Below, piece by piece: positions 13,201 through 23,300 of a stretch of DNA of 49,620 bases (positions are counted from its first letter, which is position 1; each line of letters starts with the position of its first letter). The position numbers and the translations under genes are program-made. Source of the stretch: Lenisia limosa. Its lineage: Eukaryota > Protista > Breviatea. The DNA lies in contig LPNZ01008715.1 in NCBI GenBank assembly GCA_001655205.1, positions 1 through 49,620 of the forward strand, written 5' to 3'. Under the pieces are notes generated by a model, which worked only from the letters and a program-made list of their open reading frames with translations, did no database searches and had not been told where the DNA came from.

Positions 13201-16200
13201 ATATGTAACTTGTACAGCTGTCGCCCCTGAGCTGATGCAAACGCACAACATCGACATGGCCCTTTCCAATGGCTTTGAACAGATGCCACAACCTGCGCTC
13301 ATGGGTAAGCTGGATGACTACATTTCCTTATACAGCCATTAGCCTAGTTATTCTTCTTCTAAGTATTCAGATTCCCAAACAGGACCAACTCCCTCTAAAG
13401 GTTTGTAATTTGCTTTTTGACTGTTCTTTTATCTTTAACAAAGGGCTTTGTTTTGTTATTTCTTTTTAAAAGTTTAGATGAAATTGCTAGGCATCTCAAA
13501 ACTCTCGACTCCCTTTTCTCCAACAATGTAGGCGCAATTATATTCCCACGTTCTACATACTCTGTATTACCACTGCGTATCCCATTGAATGGGATCACGA
13601 TGACGCACCCACGAACATTACCCTCACCTCACTTGCCTATTCTATTTTAACTTTCAAGACTCCCGTATCTGTCGATGTTTTATGGGGAGCTATTTTCCCC
13701 ATCCTTGCCTGCTACAGCTCCAAAGCATCATCTTACCATAAACTGCTTATGTGTGACATTCTTGGTGGGAGGTTAATATAGTTTTTTTTATATATTATGT
13801 ACATTAAAGTTGACCCCCCCCCCCCTATCTCTATCGTTGCCTGATGTTTTCATTGTTTATTGTTATTAGAAGAGAGCCCCTATTTCAGCATAACGATAAT
13901 TACTCACACTCACTTAGACACGAGCCTCAGCGGAGAAGTTAACATTGAACACTTCCAAGCCTTCCGCAAGTGGTTTGGCGAAACATCTCTTTGGATTGGC
14001 AAGGTTCGAATGGCTATTTTAACTCCTTCCTGAGGGTCTCGCTTATTAAAGTATAATCTGGTCGCCAAATTACATATTACATGTATAGTATGATATTTTA
14101 AAGGAGTTTCTTATTTTGGCATACTGATTGGATAATATTATGTCTCTAATGACGGCATACCTTAATTTAAGGAGTTAACTCTTCAGCTTGAGATTCTGAA
14201 GCCAATCGCGATCCGCAGGTTTGTGTTTGATAAACAGGATGCTGTTTATTTTATTGTTTTTGTAAAGTATTTTGACAATCTGTAAACTGCACTTAGGCTA
14301 AATATTAACTGCTTCGCAACAGAATTACCTAACCCCCTGCTCTATAGTTGGTTCCATGGATTCGTATCGTCACACAGCGCCAAGAGCTGCCTTCTGAACT
14401 CCTCATTAGCCGTCGGTACATTTGTTGTGCGTTTCTCACAGAGCCGGGCAGAGGACAATGGTGTGTTAAAAATAATATGTTTTGGTTGCTGTTTATACCT
14501 CAGAAGTGAACTAAAAATGCCACCTTCTAAGATTTTAGGACTCACGGTTTCAACGGTGTCACTATATCACAATCAAGGTTCGCCTGTCATATTCACTTCT
14601 TGTTTCAAACAAAACAACAAATGGCCCTACTGCTACATGTTGACAATCCCCCACTTATATGTTCCAGTTGTTGTTATTGAGTACCCTGTGCGATTAGATC
14701 TCAATGGGGAGTGCTCAATGTGGGTTGCCTTTACTCGAGACAAGGACACCCCAAAAACTGATGTATGATGGACTTGAGTTTGGCTGTCGCTGCAAGTGTC
14801 TTATTTTTTTTATTTATTTTTTTTTCTTCTTTTTTTTTCGATTTAACTTTTTTTTATTTGCTTTAACTATACATGCTACGGGCGCTAAATCCGATTTAAT
14901 TCGATTATTTTTTATTTTTAATTTCAAACTGCTTTCTCCTTTACACAACAATCAGAAGAAAAAAGTAATTTGTCTCATTTAGAAGTCGAGTAATATACAT
15001 TATATATTCAACTAAACATAACATCAAAATACAAAAATAGAGACAGGATTGTATTACTTTTTGGGCTTCTTTTTAGTCGTGGTCTTGGTGTTCGCTCCTT
15101 CTTTAAGTTGTCGCTTACGGTTTGGCTCCAAGCTGGCTATGTCATCGAAGTTTCAAAAATAACCTAAAATTGTCACCATTGATAAAGTATACAATGTGCT
15201 ACTCCATTTTGAATAAAAAAAGATGGCTTTACATCCCTTCGGCCCGGCCATGGCACCCATTTCTGTGAAGAATCTCTGATTTCGAGCTTTGACTTCCTTC
15301 AAGTTGTCAACTGTAGTGACTACTTTGTCGCTTAGAAGGGTTACTACACGCTCGCCTGGCGAAAGGGGAATGCGAGCCATTGGGGTGATACTTTCTGTAT
15401 TCGGTCCGACTTCTACAACCTTGGTAACAATGTCGAAGATAGCTTAAGATGTAACATTTGTTGAACAGAGGATTGTTGAAGCTCCAAGAACTTTCTTGAG
15501 AGTACTTGGTGAAAATATCATTGCTCAAAAGAGTCGCCATGGAGGCCATACCTTCCAAAAAAGTATTTCTAGCTCCAATATCGTTCTGAACTCGCTCTTT
15601 GGCGAACTGTACAAGTGCGAATTGGAACTGTGTTGAACTGTAGGGTTGCTTCTCATTCAGCTTCGTGCGGAATTTGGCAACTTCTTTTGTCTCAGGTTTA
15701 GGTTTAAACTGGGGGAACGGATCAATGCGGAGTGGGGTCATGAAGGCGGTACCAGGTGGGCTTTCGAGGTTGATGGAATAGAGGCTCTTGAGGAAGGGAG
15801 GTGTGAAAGCTGGTCGTGATAAGCTTCACATACTTTTCTAAGGAATAGATTCCTCTCAGAAACGTTGAGGAAGGTGAGAAACTCGGGCCTTGCTTCCTCC
15901 GTTTCACGTCAAAAGGAACTTGTAAAACTGGATCAGGTCTATTTTCCATCTCAAACAGGGGAAAACCAAAGAAGAAATTTTGTCAAAAAAGCAAAAAGTA
16001 ATTAATGATCACTTTCAGTTGGGCTTGTCTTCTGAAAAAAGCTAATGCTTTGTTAATATTTGAATATTGCACAAAATATAATGAATAAGAACACAATGGG
16101 TCAAAGAGAGAACTTTATTGTTTTAGTGAACAAGATCTTCTTTTTTTTTGTTTTTGGTGAAAGGTAATCTTACTCCAAAATCCCCCTTTTCTATTCTGGC

Positions 16201-16679
16201 TCCCGGGTGTTGAATTTATGCATTTCTACTTCAAATATCAAGGGAGTAAAAGGTCTAAAAATTATAAATTAAAAAATAATCGGATTAAATCGGATTTAGC
16301 GCCCATAGCATATTTATACTTGTTTTAAAAAATATCCCATGGCCTTTCGCTAACTTACATCTAGGTCGTGACAAAAACCTACTCCAGCTTCGACCAACTC
16401 CTTGACACATGTGCAGATGTGTTCNNNNNNNNNNNNNNNNNNNNNNNNNNNNNNNNNNNNNNNNNNNNNNNNNNNNNNNNNNNNNNNNNNNNNNNNNNNN
16501 NNNNNNNTTTGCTTATCTCATTAAATCTTTATTTCGAAATGCTGTGTTCAAGACTTGCAGTTTGGCGCATAAAGGGCAATCACTCACACCGCAGGTATAT
16601 TACCCCCGGAAAGGAGGCCCTCCCCTTAGAGTATGAGTTTCCGACTGGCGTCCAAGCCTTCTCGTCGCACCCTCAATGA
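10241..16679 (+). CDS. CudA-type DNA-binding domain plus linker-SH2 protein (STAT-like transcription factor), more than 20 exons
   Basis: N-terminal acidic then basic stretch (WGEEDYEDDDDDAY; RSRRGKRNKAQQRRKG). CudA-like core: KCKKC...IKVACCTVQHDLAHFRILFVIE...APILSRKRAGK. Pre-SH2 helix: VNIEHFQAFRKWFG. SH2: WFHGFVSSHSAKSCLLNSSLAVGTFVVRFSQSRAEDNGLTVSTV...TYSSFDQLLDTC. Tail: YITPGKEALPLEYEF...HPQ, stop 16677-16679. Four N gaps fall inside the gene. Confidence 0.75.
14879..16305. mobile_element. 1,427-bp TIR DNA element flanked by TA on both sides, inserted in an intron that splits the SH2 domain
   Basis: Left end CGGGCGCTAAATCCGATTTAATTCGATTATTTTTTA (14879-14914) versus reverse complement of right end TGGGCGCTAAATCCGATTTAATCCGATTATTTTTTA: 36 bp with 2 mismatches. 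TA at 14877-14878 and 16306-16307. Host exons resume in frame on either side (..TPKTD | VVTKTYSS..). Confidence 0.85.
15054..15949 (-). CDS. Four-exon gene of unknown function carried by the TIR element; 205 aa, basic NLS-like C-terminus
   Basis: Exons 15949-15883, 15809-15552, 15442-15233 and 15136-15054 with GT-AG introns of 73, 109 and 96 nt join in frame (618 nt). Product: MENRPDPVLQVPFDVKRRKQGPTFTPPFLKSLYSINLESPPGTAFMTPLRIDPFPQFKPK...AIFDIVTKVVEVGP...SSLEPNRKRQLKEGANTKTTTKKKPKK*. The first intron donor is the least certain. Confidence 0.7.
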
Positions 16680-16826
16680 TTTAATGTTTCTTATGTTCTT
16701 CTAGGTTCTATTTCCCGTTCTACGTTGTTTTGTTGTATTTTTTGAGATGTATTATTTGCATAGAGTTTATTTACCACTGGGTTTGACTACTATTATAAAT
16801 ATGTACATTAAAAAAAAAAGTTGCTC

Positions 16827-19666
16827 TTACACCTCAGATTCCTGCTTTTTGGACATGGCATAATTGTATCGTTTTTGGTCCTGAATTGTGAGAAGGGTCA
16901 ACGTACAATTTCTCAAAAAGTCCACCTCTATCCACACATACGTCAATAAGTAAGCGGTATGCAATGACACAGCCAATCGCTGCAAGGAACAACATTGTCA
17001 ATGTCAGCAGTCTGCCCGCAGTCCACTGAGGCGCGGCAGAGGGAAGAGGTAGAGAGTTACATTCCTAGGAAATAAGCGTTATAACTTCACATCAGAGGTG
17101 CCCACTTTGATGAACGAAAACTGAAGAGGGGTGTAGTCGGACACCATTGAGACAGTGACTGTGATACCCACTGAGCCCGAACGAACACATTCGAACGACA
17201 GGGTCAGGGAGGCCGTGTCTTTTTCCCAGGGTGCCTGAGGGGAAATGGCAAATGGTTATGTTTAAATATGGTAAAAAGATGTTAATTTATCAAAAAGTCA
17301 CAGTACTTGAATATTCGGTATTTCACATGATAGTCCCTACATACTTGAACAAGTGTTCCTGACTCTCTCATGCCCAAAATGTTTCGAGGCTCCACTGTGA
17401 ATACGGGGGAAAGGAAGTTCAATGGTTGCCTTCTAAAACCCAGTCAGAGATAATGGTTTAGAAATAAACGAATTCAGTTAACGCATTTTGCCAAAACTGA
17501 AAAACAGCCAAGTTCTTTAACGAACAACGAACTCCCTACCCAGTGTCACTGAAGAAGAAGACAATGCGATCCGTTTCAGGACCAAGAGTGGTGAGAGTGT
17601 CACTGGTTGCTTTCCAGCTGGCAGCAGTTTGGCCTGACTCAATCACGCGGCTGGGTCCGGTAGAGGCCGAGCAGCTGATACTGAAGAGTTACAGGCTTAC
17701 GGTGCGAGAAGGTCTTTTTTATACATGGACATTTTAATCAAGTACCACAATACAACCGCGCGGAGTCGGGAGCGCATAGATTATATATGTGGTAAGCGAG
17801 GTGTTATAATTATGTAATATTGATACATATATGACTTGCATAAATTTCGGTTCACATTTCGATAAAACAAGATTATTTTGAAGGCACTCGTTTTGAGAAA
17901 CACGAGGAATTGTAGTTAAGCCTGCCAAGTACCTTGTTCTTGGTCCCTTGTGGACGGCTTCGCAGACACTGTTCCAAACTATCTCAAGCTGATCAAAACT
18001 CCCAATGGGGTAGATCAATGTCACTAAGGACTCGCCGGGCTACAATTTGAGGAAGGAAAAGCATCGTAAGAGTAGCTCTTTGAAATACGTAGTATCACGG
18101 TTACCCCATCCCCTAACCTTGGTACAAGTAAGCATTATTTGCATTTCCATGACGCCCGAAGAAACTAGGTGCTGGGGTGAGATGTTTCCCGCCAAGACTG
18201 GATCAGCAAAGATCTTATTCGAGAATCGCACCTCAGGGCGTCCTATCAAAGGTCATAATAATTAATTCCGTGATAGGCAATATATACATCAATATTATGT
18301 AGAAATGAGAAAAGGAGTATCAGGCCATGCCATGCCGTATTTATATAGATGATGCAAACGTGTGCAAAAACCCTCATGAACCGAATGAACAGCCTAGCCT
18401 GTCTTAACATGCCTACCAATATCTTGACTTCCCATTCCGGGTGACAAAGTCAGGGTTGCAGAAAGGGTGCCTTTTCTCGAGTGGGTTGGTTTGGGGTTTT
18501 CTGATGTCAATGCCCAAGCGTCATCAACAACACCGTCAGCAACAACAGTATTGGACTCTCCTGAAACGTGAGGTTAATGGCGTAAACTGTCAATCATGGA
18601 GGAAATGACAGTCTGGTTCAGCAAATGTTCAATATATGGGAAGATAATAAAAAAAGGAATCCAAAAAATCACATAGCAAGAGGTGATATACCAGATGCGG
18701 TTGTGAGAGTCACTTGAAGACCATTTCGAGGACCGCCACCACAAGTCTTCTTCAGATAAAACTAGGTTGTTAAGAGTAAGGCAAAGTGTGATATGAATTT
18801 TATTGCTGTCTAAATCAGGTCGTATGAAGATATTTTATTTTGGTTTAAATCAAAACAAATATCATATATGTATTAAAAAACCAATGGCAAATACAAAAGT
18901 TTCTGTGATTCAATTCAAAATTCAGAATGATATTAAACATAAAAGCGAGAAATCACCAACAGTGTATGGATAAAAGAACTGGTCAGGGTCAGCAGGGACA
19001 CCATCAGGTGGGGAAGCCAGGAAGATGGTGGTTGCAATGTACGTTTCACAGGCCTGTTAGAATGTCAAAAAAAAAAAAAAAAAAATCAAGGGGGAAGCGG
19101 TGTATTGACCGTCATACAGAATTGTGTCAATTCAAACTTGGAAGTACAGAAAAGATAGAAGACCCTATATAATCCATTGACAGTTTCTTCTAGAGTACCC
19201 CATTCACATTCAGACAGCCGAAGTAAGCAACAAGACTGTCTTCTCTGTCAAACTCGCCATCAATGGTCCCTTCGACCGTCGGGACAAGGCACTGGTTATC
19301 CTTGGCGACAGGCTTATTGTCGGAGTCAACTTCCATCAACGATGGCAACTTCTCATTCACTTCATCAATGTCAACTTGCACGGTGAAGGCGAAACTGTTG
19401 GAATGCTGGAGGGGTTCGGGGTGTAAAATAAAATATGTTAACAAAACAAAATCAACTCTGATGACTTAACATTTTGAGAAATAACCAACCTGATCAAACA
19501 GAAAGTCTTCGGCAAGAGTGCTGATATTGGTACCAGCTACCGCGACACTGTTGGCATATATTGGCGCAGAGCCGAAAAGAGAAACGTCAAGGGCAGAGGT
19601 GGATAGAAAGAGGCAGGTTGTGAGAATGAGAGTGAACATAGTTTGAAAAGTTGAAAGGAGAACCAT
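16827..19666 (-). CDS. Type I single-pass membrane protein with signal peptide and three Cys-bounded beta-rich extracellular repeats
   Basis: Signal peptide (MFTLILTTCLFLSTSA-LD). Repeats: LVAYFGC...FYLKKTCGGG, MQIMLTCTKPGESLVTLIY...EIVWNSVC and LTLSFECVRSGSVGITVTV...FSFIKEC. TM segment: LLTLTMLFLAAIGCVIAY. Short tail DQKRYNYAMSKKQESEV*. Confidence 0.7.
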
Positions 19667-20300
19667 GTCTTAAGACGCTCGCTTGCGCCTTTACTATACA
19701 AATCAGAGAAGGAGGGGAGGAGGGAAACTACATAGAGAGCTACAGGTCTACTTTCCGGAATTTGGAATAGTCTGTGTCTATATGCGGCTATGATGCTGCG
19801 ATTTGTTGTAAATTGCTCTATCTCTCTGTGTCTTTTATTTCAAATGAGTTGGAGCAGGAGTTTTTTTATTTACATTTGCGTTTTATGTGATCCATCGTGA
19901 TCTCGGAATTCGGCAAGAGGGACTCAACTCTCTTACCACTGAGCATATTTGTATTGTAGTACAATTGTAGTAGTGTAATATATATATATAATATGTTGTA
20001 ATTTATTAATTCAACAAGTGTGACTAGTCGCTGTACAGTTTGACACTCCAATTACCAAAAGCGGAAACTCCCACAACCCACCTTACCTTCCCGTCCACCA
20101 TACCTAACGCTGAAGGTTTATGAGGCGAAATAAACTGCTGCCACTGGTCAGGTAATTTGATGCTAATTTTGACAAGTGTAGTGTCACTGGAAATCTCTAT
20201 TGGTGAATTTGAAACTGGTAATCCTAAATACAATCAAAAACTAATTGACCATAACTGTTTCATATCAAAAGATGTCGTAATAGGCAACTAGGAGAGTGTT

Positions 20301-23300
20301 ATGACAAGTGGTCGTCTTGAAAATGAAAAAGAAAATGGACCTGCTATCCACTCTCTGCTTCCAAGGTGGGCTTGTCAAGAGATGTAATGTTATCTTGAGG
20401 AGTATTGAATCAATCTGGTAATGGGTGACAAGCTTTCACCAATCAAATACTGTCGAAAATATTTCAGCTGACTTTTTAGATCCCTCTTAACCCGGTTTAC
20501 GCAAGGATGCCCACCACCGTCAGAATGTACCACTGAAATCATCCATGCTGGTCTGATATTTTGAAGATCCCCTCTTCCCCTCATCTTTACAATTACAATT
20601 ATACTTACTATTATAGGTGTTGTCATGGCAGATGTAAGCGCTGGTTGTCTTGTTATTATCATATGAAATTTATATTTACTTCATTGGAACTGATTCATTT
20701 TCCAGGTCTCAGGATTCACAGCCTTCACAAAACAATGCCGTCCAGACCAAGTGGTGGCCGCTCTCAACTCTTTCTTCGACATCATCATCAACGAGGTATG
20801 ATGCCATATTTTTGCGCTAAACACTCGCTAATTGGGGCTAGTAAAATGTTTTCATAAATTCATTTTTTAGGTGACAAGTAGATCAGGTGACATTTTGACA
20901 TTTGCTGGTGATGCTGTCATATGCTTCTTCCCTGAAACAATTGGAAAAGTTATGGTGTGTCCATTGTCATATTATAAATGGTAGATTGAAAAGACTGTTT
21001 TGATTTCCATTTATTTTTTATGCCTCACACAGACTAAAACGGGAAGAATGCACATTCCAGACCTGCCATTGAGTTGTAAATCAAGTGGTGTTCTGCCCAC
21101 TCAACTAACGGACTCTATTAAGCTTTCCTTCAGTTCTCGAAGTACTAATAATTCAAAAACAGAGTAAGTACTTCGCAGTTTCCTAAGAATACATATGTTT
21201 CATCGTTTTCTGTTATATTATGGCTCACTTTCTAGAAACAAATATGAGGCTTACAGTGACGATGACACTGATGAAAGTAATGATGATGAGGACGACGATA
21301 ACACGTTTGTTTTCTAATCCCGTAGTTGTCGTAATTGATTAGTTACACCAACCTGTCGCCTTTTGCACGCGCTGTGTGGAGCAGCGTGCATGCTTCTGTC
21401 GCTATCAGAGACGAAGTTGGTTGCTGTATCAAAAAAGGAGTTGGCTGGAAGAACTTTTACTTTCCAAACACAAGTTTAAATTACCGAATTGTAGTTATTT
21501 CCCGATATACTCGGAGTTCACATTGGAATTACATGCGGAAGGGTAGTTGTGGGCCACGTTGGAGGCCATGCTGGACGTTGGGAATATGTTCTCACTGGCA
21601 AACCAATGGTATGAAAACAATCTCTGAAATTGGGAAATCTCTTATGGTTGTTTTACCACACTAGAGTGATTTACGACGAATACTTCCACGAGCAAAGTCG
21701 GGTGAAATTATCGCCTCTGTTGATGTCAAAAACATAGTCCCTGAAAACGCATTTGAGGGTATGATCCATGTTATGTTTACTAGTTAGCCTTTCCACTATA
21801 TTTGTGTATATTATTACAAAAATCAACAAAATTGGATACGTTTACCACACAATTCTATAAGTCTAAAATCAATCATACAACCTGAAAGGGTATACAACCT
21901 GAAAGGGTTAATTCAAACATGGAGGCAAAATATATTTTGTATGGGGGTCCGACCCTCTGTGTTTCAGACCTTCATTTCTGTTACGATGTTTCTCAAACAC
22001 AGTATAATATACATACTTGAATATAGTCTTGATTTATATTGAGTCGTTGAGAAGTTGGGTTATTGAACGACTTAGATTGTCTCATTTACTATTAACAAGA
22101 GTATCTTGTCGCATAATTGGACTAAAACAACTTAAAAACAAGACATTAGAATTTTCTTATTCATTTATTGCCCAATATACTTGAGGTTACTTTTCATTTT
22201 TTTTAAATCATTGAAATGTGTCAATTCACGGACAATGGAAAATTAACTAGTCGATGACGTCATTCTTGGTCAGACCTCCATTTACGATATTAGTTTACCT
22301 TCATGATTCAAACATACTTTTATTGTTATTAAAACCTACCATCAACGTTCCAGCTGAAATTCTTCCAAATGAACAGCTGGAATCAGAGGCACCCACTCCA
22401 ATGCCCCTTTCAATCACCAATAGATCAATGGTATGTCAGGGACTTTGATAATATTATTCATGGTATTTGTTTTCTAGTTTAGAAATACTTTTAACAAAGT
22501 CCTATTTATTATTCCTAGAGTTCATCAATGCCAAATGTAACGAAAACACCAACGGAGATACCATCATCAGTATGGTCCTAACACACATTCTTGCACATCA
22601 TTATAATAAGTTCTTTCCAAAGGTGTATTGCTTTTTGAAACACAATTTTAACATATTAAGTATCTGTTTATATATCAACAAATCAATTTTATAAACTCAA
22701 CATATTTAGCCTGGTTCCGGAAGAGATCATTGGGCAAAGATCAACAGTGCTATTCTTCTCTCTAAGGTGAAAATATATATGATATACTATATCTTTTTTT
22801 GCTCACACTTTAGATGTTTTCCCACCCAACAATCAAACAATTGGTTCCTACTGACACTGTACAAAATCCGAAGAGTACCCCAACGGAAGATGATCCCATT
22901 TCTGACACCACTACCTCCACTGCACGATTTGACTTGATCCCCTCATATCGCTGTCGCAACCATCTCAACATTGAGTATGTTCGGAGAAGAAAGTGAAGTG
23001 TTAAAGTTAATATTTAATAAATCATATATGATATGTAAGTGTTGAGTGGTATAGCATATCCCTGAGATTATAAACAATCATCTCTGATGCACCTATTTAA
23101 AACAAGAGAAACACGCAAAGATCTGAATCAATAGAATAACAGGACTTGAGTGTATTGTTTTGTGTTTTCTAATTATCCAGAGCTGTTGGGGAGCAGTCCC
23201 CATGCAGTCCACTTAGCCCCCTAAATCAAAAAGTCTCCAACAGTTTAGGTATGATTATGGTGTATTCGGAGATGTAGGAGACCTTTCAATTCCTGAAATA

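Noticed and set aside
16827-19666. Type I protein as a CatSper gamma/delta/epsilon subunit or nicalin/NOMO
   Set aside because: It appears much shorter than those CatSper subunits and I recognise none of the motifs of these families; the link is suggested only by neighbourhood.
19895-19950. tRNA-like A-box (GCTCAGTGGTAAGAG) on the minus strand
   Set aside because: No GTTCRA B-box/T-arm, and I could not fold an acceptor stem or cloverleaf.
23183-23243. Imperfect 10-bp inverted repeat resembling a mini-MITE
   Set aside because: It lies within a frame-compatible cyclase exon (AVGEQSPCSPLSPLNQKVSNSLG) and is likely chance.
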